Positions 18,670 to 27,440 are shown, counted from the stretch's first letter. The stretch: 33,922 nucleotides of DNA from Candidatus Bathyarchaeota archaeon (GCA_963775895.1 CAVZKL010000006.1:1-33922), one strand, 5' to 3'. Notes: generated from the letters alone by a model not told the origin. Program-made: numbers and translations.

Positions 18670-19982
18670 GATTTTACCCCCTTGGTGGCGCACATTATCG
18701 TTTCCGCAGCTCTGGCAGCTGCTCCGCTTGCTTGAGCTACGCTTTCGGGTATGTCCTTCGGGCCTTGGCAGTAGCCGCAGACGTAGATCCCGGGTACATT
18801 GGTATCCACTGGTGCTGTCAGACTATTCCTGGATTTGAAGAACCCGTAGTCGTCTAGTTCCAAGCCCGTTGCTTCGGCAATTCTTCGGTTGTCTTCCTTC
18901 GGGATCAATGCTGGACAGAGAACGACCATGTCAGCGTCGAGTTTCTTCATGTTGCCAGTAGGAATGTCCTCGTAGTAGATTTGAAGACTTCTGGTGACTG
19001 GATCTTCAGCTATCCCGCCTGGGTGAGCTTTTATGTATTTGATCCCACGTTCTTCTTTGGCGCGGTCGACGAATTCTTGGAACCCTTTTCCGACCGCTCG
19101 CATGTCAATGTACATTATGCTGACGTCAGTTTCTGGAGCATGCTCTTTTGTCAGGATTGATTCTTTTGTTGCGTAGACGCAGCAGACGCTTGAGCAGAAT
19201 GGGAATTCTCCATGCCGGCTTCTTGAACCTACACATTGTACGAACACGAGGCTCTTGGGTTCCTTTCCATCTGACGGCCTTACAAGATGCCCATCGGTTG
19301 GTCCTGAAGCGCTTATTATTCTTTCAAACTCCATCGATTGGATCACGTTCTTAAATCTGCCATAGCCGTATTCGCTCATCGCCGATGGATTGAAGACGTC
19401 GAAGCCTGTGGCAAGGATCAGCGAGGAAACCTCTGCGGTGATTTCTTCGGGTCTCTGTTCAAAGTTGACAGCTTTTGACGGGCAGACTTTTTCACATACT
19501 CTGCAGACTCCTTTGGTGAAATACAGGCAGTGTTCTGTGTCGATGGTTGCTATGAGAGGAACTGCTTGTTTGAACGGCATGTAGATCGCTTTTCTGTTTC
19601 CTAAACCCATGTCAAACTCGTTCGGAACTTTGACCGGGCACTTCTCCATACACGTCCCACAGCCTGTGCATTTAGTTGAATCTACGTATCGAGGTTTTTT
19701 CAGCAGCTTGACCGTGAACCTACCTGCCTCCCCTTTCACTTCTTCGACTTCTGAATAAGTGAGCAGGTCGATGTTTGGGTGTCTGTAACACTCGATCATC
19801 TTGGGAGCAAGAATGCAGATTGAGCAGTCGAGCGTTGGGAAGGTTTTGTCTAGCTGAGCCATCCGTCCGCCTATGCTAGGGGTCTTTTCGACCAAGTAGA
19901 CCTTGGTTCCCCGGTTGGCTAGGTCTAGTGAAGCCTGTATTCCGGCTATGCCTCCTCCAACGACTAAAACCGAGTTGGACAT
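18666..19982 (-). CDS. hdrA: HdrA-family protein (438 aa), equivalent to the N-terminal half of the long HdrA
   Basis: Begins directly at the FAD motif GGGIAG; DKTFPTLDCSIC, inserted ferredoxin, [20 protein letters not shown]; lacks the N-domain and the C-terminal ferredoxin. Confidence 0.92.
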   Translation of the reverse strand: MSNSVLVVGGGIAGIQASLDLANRGTKVYLVEKTPSIGGRMAQLDKTFPTLDCSICILAPKMIECYRHPNIDLLTYSEVEEVKGEAGRFTVKLLKKPRYVDSTKCTGCGTCMEKCPVKVPNEFDMGLGNRKAIYMPFKQAVPLIATIDTEHCLYFTKGVCRVCEKVCPSKAVNFEQRPEEITAEVSSLILATGFDVFNPSAMSEYGYGRFKNVIQSMEFERIISASGPTDGHLVRPSDGKEPKSLVFVQCVGSRSRHGEFPFCSSVCCVYATKESILTKEHAPETDVSIMYIDMRAVGKGFQEFVDRAKEERGIKYIKAHPGGIAEDPVTRSLQIYYEDIPTGNMKKLDADMVVLCPALIPKEDNRRIAEATGLELDDYGFFKSRNSLTAPVDTNVPGIYVCGYCQGPKDIPESVAQASGAAARAAETIMCATKGVKS

Positions 19983-20124
19983 TAATCAGACACCTATCTC
20001 ATTGGGGGAATGTGAGATTCGTTGAGAGTAGATAATCTTTACGTTTGCAAAACGATTTTCTCATTGTTGCTTCGCGTTTGTTGTCTGTTCTGCGTAAACG
20101 CCTTTTCTTGCTCCTTGCAACACG

Positions 20125-20172
20125 TATGACGTATGTCATAATGACATAAAAAGCGAAACGGCGCGATATAAA
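20125..20172 (-). promoter_or_regulatory. Putative promoter and operator of the hdr-mvh operon
   Basis: Minus-strand TTTATATC at 20172-20165; perfect palindrome TATGTCAT-A-ATGACATA at 20132-20148, overlapped by TATGAC-GTAT-GTCATA at 20125-20140. Confidence 0.65.
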
Positions 20173-20211
20173 TGTTCTCGCACTCAAATCGTCATTGACA
20201 GATCAGTCATG

Positions 20212-23010
20212 CTACTCTTGCACTACTTCTGTTTCTCTTCGCTCCTCTTGTTCTGATTGTACCTGCTCTTTTCCGAGTTGTGGTTCTTCGGCGACACTTG
20301 GCTCAACGCATGGAACTTCTTCCTCTACGAGGCTCAGTATCGCTTTAGCCGTGCCATCATTCTGATATTCCACTTTGAACCCCATCTTTTTCATCAAGCT
20401 GATGGCTCGATAGTTGTCTTGGAGTATTATCGCGTAGACCGTTTCAATCTTCATGTCCTTGCATATTTCAAGCGCGTAGTCGACCATCTTTGTTCCCAAT
20501 CCAAGACGTTGCCATGGGTCGGCGACTATGAACGCTATCTCGCCCTTTTTCCCGTCTGGTTCGATGCTGACACGCGTTACTCCGAGGATTTTTCTGCGTC
20601 CGTTTTCAGTGAGTTCAGGGACGATGGCGATTTCACGGTCGTAGTCTATGTTGCAGTAGCGCACTCTGGTCTCATGCGGCGTGTCCTTCAGGACTTGGAA
20701 GAAGCGATAACGTATCGATTCCTCGGAGAAGGTTTGGAACATTTCTAGCCACATCGGTTCATCCTCAGGTTTTATGGGCCTCAGGATCACTGTTCTTCCG
20801 TCTCGCAGTGTCCAAATCGTCTCGTATTTCTTCGGATAGGGGGCTATCACTAAGTGTTCATGCGGTTCGAATCTCTTGAAAACGCGTTGTTTGTCGATGA
20901 CGATGCGCGCATCAAGGGCCACGGCATCTTTCTCGTTAACAAAAAGAGGGTTGATGTCGACCTCTTTGAGCTGTGGATAATCCACCAGCATCTGACTGAA
21001 CCGCACAAGTATCTCTTCAAGAAGCGGAATGTTTGCGGGCGGAACGTTTCTGTAACCCTTCAGAAGTTGATAGACCTTGGTTTCCTCCATCATCCTTCGC
21101 GCCAGGGTTTGATTCAGAGGAGGGAGCCCAATGGCGAAATCTTTGAACAACTCAACGCCCACGCCACCCATCCCGAACAGTATCACTGGGCCAAAAACTG
21201 GATCCGCCTTGGCGCCAAGAATAACCTCGTAGCCCTGCTTCTTAACCATCTGCTGCACCGTCACGCCCAAGATTTCGGCCGTGGGATCGTATTCCTTTGC
21301 GGACTTCACGATTCGATTGAAAGCGCTGCGCACTTCGTTTTCGTCATTGAGGTCAAGCGCGACACCTCCTGCGTCGGTTTTGTGGACTATCTGGGGAGAA
21401 AGTATCTTCAACACGACGGGATAGCCGATCTGTGATGCTAAGGAGACCGCTTCATCCTCGGTCTGACCGACTCGTGTCTTGACGACAGGCAGATTGTAGT
21501 ATTCCAAGAAACTCTTGGCCTCAGCTTCGTTCAGTATTTCCCGATTCTCTGAGGCGACATTTCTCATGATCACCATGAGGGGGCGTTTTGGCGGGACAAC
21601 GTCAACTGGAAGCTCTCCAGGTGTCTCGTACTGTAACTCCAAGTTGCGTTTGTACTGATACATGTAGCTATAGGTCTTGATTGCCTGTTCAGGCGTGGAA
21701 TAGGTTGGAATACGATTCTGATTAAAAGTGCGATTGGCCTCTTCGACTGTTCCATAACCCATGAATGAGGTCAAAATCGTTTTGTTCTGCAAACCCCTGC
21801 GTTTGCACAGTTCAGCTATGCTGTTGGCAACTTCAACCGGTTCAGTCACTGCTTGCGGAGTGTAGATTATCATCACGCCATCGACGGTTTCATCGTCCAA
21901 GCAGGCTTGCAGGACGGCTGTGTACCTTTCAGCCTTGGCGTCTCCCAGAATGTCGATCGGATTTCCTCTGCTCCAATAATGAGGCAAAATCTCGTTGAGT
22001 TTCTCCATCGTCTTTTGGCTCAGCTTTGCCAGTTTCAACCCTTGACCTATCAGAGCGTCAGTTGCCATCACACCGGGGCCGCCAGCGTTAGTGATTATGG
22101 CCAGGTTGGGACCTTGCGGCAGAGGTTGCATCCCCAAGACTTGTGCACAGTTGAACAGATCTGCGATTTCGTCGACCCGCACTGTTCCTGCTCGCTTGAA
22201 GGCTTTGTCATAAATCATGTCCTCGCCTGTCAAGGAACCGGTGTGAGAAGCCGCTGCTTTAGCGCTTTCACTGAATTTGCCGGCTTTGACCACAATTATC
22301 GGTTTTGTTCGCGCAAAGTGTCGAGCAGCACTCATGAACTCTCGAGCATCGGTTATTCCTTCTACGTACATCAAAATGCTCCGAGTCTTTGGGTCGGTAC
22401 CGAAATAGTCGATCAAATCGCCAAAATCAACGTCAATCATCGATCCCACAGAAACAAAGTTGCTGAACCCTATGTTTTCATGGATCGCCCAATCGAGAAT
22501 GGCTGAACCCAGAGCACCGCTCTGGGAAATGAAAGCTATGTTACCAGGCTTAGGCATCATGTTCATGAACGTAGCGTTTAGGCGAATGCCAGGACGAATC
22601 ACGCCTAGACAGTTGGGTCCAACTATGCGTATTCCGTACTTCTGGCGAATTTCAAGAATCCTCTTCTCAAGTGCCTCCCCTTCTGATCCAATTTCCTTAA
22701 AGCCTGCGGAAATTATGATCACTCCGCAAATTCCTGCTTTTCCACACTGTTCAAGCACATCTGGTACGGTCCGACTTGGAGTTGCGATCACCGCGAGGTC
22801 AACGGGGTCGGGAACCTGCTCAACGCTTGAATAGGCCTTAAGTCCCAGGATCTCGCTCTTGCGGACGTTTACGGGGTAGATCTTACCCTCAAAACCCAGA
22901 TCAATGAAATTCTTCATCAAAGCGCATCCAACGGAGCCTACTTCGTCGCTAGCTCCGATGACTGCGAGGCTCTTTGGGTTGAAGATTTTGTCGAGATTCA
23001 ACGTAACCAA
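20212..23010 (-). CDS. ADP-forming acetate/acyl-CoA ligase (alpha+beta) fused to a C-terminal GNAT (Pat/PatZ-like)
   Basis: AVIGAS, GPNCLG, SQSG, ASHTG, TNAGGPG, NPIDILG, VHKTDAGGV, FGPVILFGMGG and DINPL; then LRPIKPED..RYRFF..DYDREIA..WQRLGLG..KKMGF (GNAT). Confidence 0.93.
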   Translation of the reverse strand: MVTLNLDKIFNPKSLAVIGASDEVGSVGCALMKNFIDLGFEGKIYPVNVRKSEILGLKAYSSVEQVPDPVDLAVIATPSRTVPDVLEQCGKAGICGVIIISAGFKEIGSEGEALEKRILEIRQKYGIRIVGPNCLGVIRPGIRLNATFMNMMPKPGNIAFISQSGALGSAILDWAIHENIGFSNFVSVGSMIDVDFGDLIDYFGTDPKTRSILMYVEGITDAREFMSAARHFARTKPIIVVKAGKFSESAKAAASHTGSLTGEDMIYDKAFKRAGTVRVDEIADLFNCAQVLGMQPLPQGPNLAIITNAGGPGVMATDALIGQGLKLAKLSQKTMEKLNEILPHYWSRGNPIDILGDAKAERYTAVLQACLDDETVDGVMIIYTPQAVTEPVEVANSIAELCKRRGLQNKTILTSFMGYGTVEEANRTFNQNRIPTYSTPEQAIKTYSYMYQYKRNLELQYETPGELPVDVVPPKRPLMVIMRNVASENREILNEAEAKSFLEYYNLPVVKTRVGQTEDEAVSLASQIGYPVVLKILSPQIVHKTDAGGVALDLNDENEVRSAFNRIVKSAKEYDPTAEILGVTVQQMVKKQGYEVILGAKADPVFGPVILFGMGGVGVELFKDFAIGLPPLNQTLARRMMEETKVYQLLKGYRNVPPANIPLLEEILVRFSQMLVDYPQLKEVDINPLFVNEKDAVALDARIVIDKQRVFKRFEPHEHLVIAPYPKKYETIWTLRDGRTVILRPIKPEDEPMWLEMFQTFSEESIRYRFFQVLKDTPHETRVRYCNIDYDREIAIVPELTENGRRKILGVTRVSIEPDGKKGEIAFIVADPWQRLGLGTKMVDYALEICKDMKIETVYAIILQDNYRAISLMKKMGFKVEYQNDGTAKAILSLVEEEVPCVEPSVAEEPQLGKEQVQSEQEERRETEVVQE

Positions 23011-23299
23011 GGGTTTAACCTTCTAAGTCTAGCTGTTGATGAGGCAACGAAAATTAATACTTTATGTACCAGAGCTGCAGGTTTGACTTGTCAAATCTTT
23101 CTTTTTGAAGTCATCTTTCGAGAGTCAGAGTCTCTTGTGAAAAGTCATCGAACCTTTCATTCTGTTGGATTAAGATCTGGCCCTCGTTTGCCAAGAAGGA
23201 AAAGGTACAAGAAAGAGGATATGCGTTAAAAGGCAAAGTTTAAAATGGTCTCAGCGGTAAAGTTGTTCAAACCGTTCATGCAAACTGCGAGGGAAAACA

Positions 23300-25381
23300 T
23301 TGAAAAATTGGCTTAGAAGAATCGGACAGCTTACGTGTCTGTTCATGTTGGCACTGGGCGTTATTACAATTTCGCTCTCGCCGAGCGTTTCGGCTGTGAT
23401 AGCAATAACTCAAATCACTCCGCCGTCAGGAACAGTTGGCACCCAGGTCCAAGTAATCGGAAACCTGACCACTGCTAACGGCAATTTTAACCTTCTTTTT
23501 GACAGCACGGTCGTTGCGAATGGAACCGCACTTGAGAACAATGTCACAACAACCTTCACGGTTCCTTCAGCGGCTGAAGGGAACCACAACCTGAAGCTCA
23601 TAGATTTGACCTCGAATGAAACCGCCACAGCCATTTTCCTTGTCTCGACAGCGTATTCAATCGGGGCAGCCACAACTCCGAAGAGTTTTCAAGAAGGCGA
23701 TCAAATATCTGTACTGGCGAATGTGACAGGTGGAGTGGCGAACAGCACCTACGATGCAAATGTCACTGTTGTCGCCCCTGACAACACCACATACACGGCG
23801 ATCTCTACGTCTTCGATTTCTTCAATCGGAAATGGAACCGCAACTGCAAACTACCCAGCCGATTTTTCGGTTGGCGCCAACACGAAATTAGTTGGCTTCT
23901 ACGCGGTATACTTAAACAGCACCTTGGCGAGCGGCAACTTTACCGTTGGGTTGACAAACTCCACGCAGTACCACCGAGGCGAAACGGTTAACGTTAAAGC
24001 TCTGTACCATACCAGACGAAAACGTCACCGTGTCAATAGCTGGCAAGGGCATTAACAATGTAGCGATCATCAGCGACCCAACGGGGTTGATCAGTTTCAA
24101 TTGGACCGTTCCAACGTACACGTCGATAGGATCTTACGCCGTAAAAGTCGTTTCGACGAATGGACCAACTCAGAAGAGTGTAGACGATTTGCAGAATTTC
24201 ACCGTGCCTGGTTTCGCGATTAACGTCACTGCAAAGAACCTTGCAAATGACACGGTCGCTAACATCATCGTAACTGCTTACGAGAACGGGACGCTTGCAG
24301 ACAATCAGACAACTTCTTCGACTGGATTAGTGATTTTGACGCTGGAGGTTGGCAACTTTGATTGCACAGCGATTTCCAGTGGCCAGGAGGTTGGCGAAGC
24401 CCCCGCGCTGGTCGGAATAGACAATAGCACACTGGCATTTGATCTCGTATGCAACCTAACCAATCTCAGAGTTCAAGTTGTATCGCTTCTGAACGGATCC
24501 GAAGTGAATGTTCCTGAAGCGGGAATAAATCTCGCCCCGTCCAACCAAACATTTACGACCGGCATCAACGGATCTGTTGTAGTGGGATCATTGTTGCCCA
24601 ATGTAACGTACGTCCTGAATGTAACGCGTTACGAAGTTTCTTTCAACATAACGACTATTCCTAGATTATTAGTCAATGACACGCCGGTGGCTTGGTTCGA
24701 TTTGAAAATCAACTGCCCCAACTCCACATTGCAAGTGACAGTTACTAAGGCAGGTGGTGGAAATTTCAGCGGCGCATTGGTAAGGATACAGGAATTTCTG
24801 GGAGTACCAATCATTGAAACGAGTACTGATGCAAGTGGAGTCGCAACTTTCAGCGCTCCTTTCGGCAAGTATAAGGTGGACGTTCTTGACAACAGCTAAG
24901 GAGAGACTCAACGGAACAACTGTAGACCTGTTTGGAGATCAAGCTGCGAACGTGTCTTGCAGCCTCTACGGTTTGACGGTTTCGGTGAGAGTCGTTGACT
25001 ACTTCGGTCAAGGCATCGCAAACATGAATGTCAGCCTAGTCAGAAATGGACAAACCCAAGCTGAAAGCAGCACAGGGCCAGACGGCACTGTCACTTTTAA
25101 CAACGTGATTGGCGGAAAACTAGACATAATTGTCTCATCAAACGGAGCTTCTACACCCATTGCAGCTCAGAGCATAGATGTTGAGACTCTGACCTCGACG
25201 AATCAAATCAAGTGTTGATAAATATGTCGTGTTTGCAGGAATGCTCGTTGAAACAAGCGTGCTGGCTACGGTAATCTTGATCATCCTGGTAGTGGTTCTG
25301 ATTCTTTCCCTGGAAGTGTACAGAAGAAGACGTCTCAGAGTTCGAAAAGCTGAAAGCGAGATTACGCATAAGGAGTCTTGA
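23300..25381 (+). CDS. Secreted, C-terminally membrane-anchored beta-rich surface glycoprotein; three frameshifts (about 24008, 24897, 25212), so possibly a pseudogene
   Basis: Signal peptide MKNWLRR..SVSA; Ig/IPT-like start ITPPSGTVGTQV; repeated TxxxG beta-sandwich units; about 30 NxS/T sequons. The last frame reads VDKYVVFAGMLVETSVLATVILIILVVVLILSLEVYRRRR, stop at 25379-25381. Confidence 0.8.
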
Positions 25382-25382
25382 G

Positions 25383-25398
25383 GAAAAAAGTTTATATT
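25383..25398 (+). promoter_or_regulatory. Putative BRE/TATA promoter
   Basis: GAAAAAAG-TTTATATT upstream of the Cys-rich ORF. Confidence 0.55.
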
Positions 25399-25481
25399 AA
25401 AATTCGGTAGAGTTATCTACGAGAGAAACAGAATTATCGACAATGAAGTTTTGGTACAACTGATCAAAGGTTGGGCATGTA

Positions 25482-25769
25482 TTGGCACAGGTCAAAACTT
25501 GTTATCAAACGTGCGAAGCCTTCAAGTGCGCAAAAGACTCGGCAGTCTACCGACAAGACGGTGTATGGTGCAGATGGACAGAGGACATGTGTAACGTAGC
25601 AAACTGCACTTATGCAATGTGTGTGAAACGTCGGCTATTGCCCAGAGGCGTCTGCGGAGAGACTATAAAGAGAAAAACAGTTGAAAAGCAACCTGATGAA
25701 GTAGTAGGACCGACTGTAAAACTGCGAGGGAAAACTCTTCGCAAAATCGGAGAGAAAGAGATCTTCTAG
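25482..25769 (+). CDS. Small Cys-rich hypothetical protein (probable metal binder)
   Basis: Eight Cys in the first ~60 aa, basic tail, upstream TATA, and a downstream T-rich tract at about 25820-25838. Confidence 0.75.
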   Translation: MAQVKTCYQTCEAFKCAKDSAVYRQDGVWCRWTEDMCNVANCTYAMCVKRRLLPRGVCGETIKRKTVEKQPDEVVGPTVKLRGKTLRKIGEKEIF

Positions 25770-25838
25770 CGGACCAATGGACCTAAAGCAGCGCGATGCA
25801 ACAAGTGTCTGAGTACCACTTTCTCTCTTTTTTCTTTA

Positions 25839-26006
25839 CTATTTGGCCGGAATGCGCTTAACCACTGGTGGCTTCACTTTCTTCAAAATTCTGTAGCCAC
25901 AGACGATGCACTTTATTTCTCCGCCGCGCATGTCCAATTCGTCAGAAGGAACCTTTGCGCCGCATCTGACGCATTCGTAAACGATACCGCCAGATGTCTT
26001 TTCCAA
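25839..26006 (-). CDS. rpoP: DNA-directed RNA polymerase subunit P (Rpo12)
   Basis: YECVRCG..IKCIVCGYRILKKVKPP; TTG at 26006 after GAGGA, shorter than the ORF-track call. Confidence 0.92.
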   Translation of the reverse strand: MEKTSGGIVYECVRCGAKVPSDELDMRGGEIKCIVCGYRILKKVKPPVVKRIPAK

Positions 26007-26094
26007 ATTTATTCCTCTTCCTACAGAGGAAAGCCATTTTGCTTTTAAACGTTTCCAGTCAAGACTATAGTGTATCCAGTGAGAATGATGCGGT

Positions 26095-26963
26095 TTGAGC
26101 AGACGGTTGAGCAAAAGGGTTCCAGAAACCCTTCCAAAGAATTCAGGTCGTGGTCACAACTCGTACGACATCGTTGGTAACATAGCAATAATTCGCCCAG
26201 CTGGACCGGGAAGTGCGACGAGGATATTGGAAGGACCATCATGGCGCTTCATAAAGACGTGAAGACCGTGTTGGCCCAGATGAGTGCTGTCGGGGGAGAA
26301 TTCAGGCTTCGAAAGCTGAAGTTCATCGCTGGAGAGAAAAAAACCAAGACCGTTCACAAGGAGTCAGGATGCCTCTTCAACGTTGACGTTGAAAAATGCT
26401 ATTTCTCGCCCAGATTGTCCTATGAAAGAAACAGAATCGCAAGTATGGTCGAGAAAGGTGAGATTGTCGTGAACATGTTTGCTGGGGTCGGATGTTTTTC
26501 GATAATCATCGCTAAACATGCAAAAGTCGACATGGTTTTTTCAATAGACGTTAACCCTGTAGCAGTCGAATATATGCAGAAGAACATCAGAATGAACAGA
26601 GCCTACGGAAAGGTTATCCCCATTCTCGGTGACGCCGCAAAGATCATCCAAGAGAAGCTCTGCGGCGTGGCAGACAGGGTTCTGATGCCTCTGCCGGAAA
26701 AAGCACTCGAATATCTTCCTTACGCCCTGCTGGCCTTGAAAGAGTCTGGAGGATGGATTCACTATTATGATTTTATACATGCCGCTAAGGGTGAGGATCC
26801 CGTTGAAAAAGTTGAGAGCAAGGTGGGCCAACGACTCCGAACCCTAGGAGTAGTTTTTGAAGTTTCCTTTGACCGAATAGTGAGAAAAACTGGGCCAAAC
26901 TGGTATCAAGTAGTTCTGGATATCAAAGTGAAACCGTTGCAAGCCAAGAGAGCTTCGTCTTGA
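26095..26963 (+). CDS. Trm5/Tyw2 (Met-10+) family tRNA methyltransferase; one frameshift near 26200-26220
   Basis: Upstream frame from TTG 26095 encodes NSYDIVGNIAIIR. The main frame has GEFRLR, HKESGC, YFSPRL..ER, NMFAGVG and ADRVLMPLP. Confidence 0.88.
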
Positions 26964-27100
26964 ACAGATTTGACATTGCACTTGCTATGGCAGTTTGGGT
27001 CAATTGTCAAGCATAGGAACGAATCAGAAACGTGCGCTAGATGTTGAAAGAACTGACGAAGCTAGGTCAGTTGCAACAAATGCTAGGCTTGGAACAAGGT

Positions 27101-27115
27101 GGAAAAGCTTTATAG
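27101..27115 (+). promoter_or_regulatory. Putative BRE/TATA promoter of trm112
   Basis: GGAAAAGC-TTTATAG about 35 nt before the coding region. Confidence 0.6.
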
Positions 27116-27148
27116 TTTTGCGTTCAAGATAGACTGGGGCGTGATGTT

Positions 27149-27424
27149 ATTAAAAAGAAGCTGATGGAAATACTTGCTTGCCCGATTGACAAGCATCACC
27201 CGCTTGACCTGCATGTTTTCGAAGAAAAAGAAGAGATCGTTGAAGGACTCATCGTTTGCCCGAAATGTCTGCGATGGTACCCGATTCGAGAAGAGATTCC
27301 TGAAATGCTACCAGATGAGTTAAGAAAGGAAAATGAAGACTTGCCCTTCTTGAAAAAGTGGAAGGAAAAGGTTCCTGAGAAGATTCTCTTCGAAGGAAAG
27401 CCGTTCAGTCTGAAGAAAAAATAA
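27149..27424 (+). CDS. trm112: Trm112 family methyltransferase activator
   Basis: LMEILACPIDK..L..EG.I.CPKC.RWYPI..IP.ML; first ATG at 27164, possible ATT start at 27149. Confidence 0.88.
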   Translation: MKKKLMEILACPIDKHHPLDLHVFEEKEEIVEGLIVCPKCLRWYPIREEIPEMLPDELRKENEDLPFLKKWKEKVPEKILFEGKPFSLKKK

Positions 27425-27440
27425 AAAGATTTCAGCTAGT

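Noticed and set aside
18660-18700. Frameshift splitting one long hdrA
   Set aside because: There is a clean ATGA overlap with a GGGG SD-like run, and both termini differ from the linker of the fused paralogue, so these are two real genes.
8868-19982. Selenocysteine recoding in HdrA, MvhD or MvhA
   Set aside because: The relevant sites read Cys (DCSIC, DCSMC, CNWC, DPCFGC). The TGA at 18666 is part of an ATGA stop/start overlap, and the next gene is in another frame.
23090-23152. C/D box sRNA on the minus strand (CGATGA..CTGA..AGATGA..TTGA)
   Set aside because: The boxes are degenerate, the spacing is longer than typical guides, and no rRNA or tRNA target was recognised.
2236-27424. METTL5 and Trm112 as a novel linked system
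   Set aside because: Their partnership is established, and the genes are about 24 kb apart in separate transcription units.
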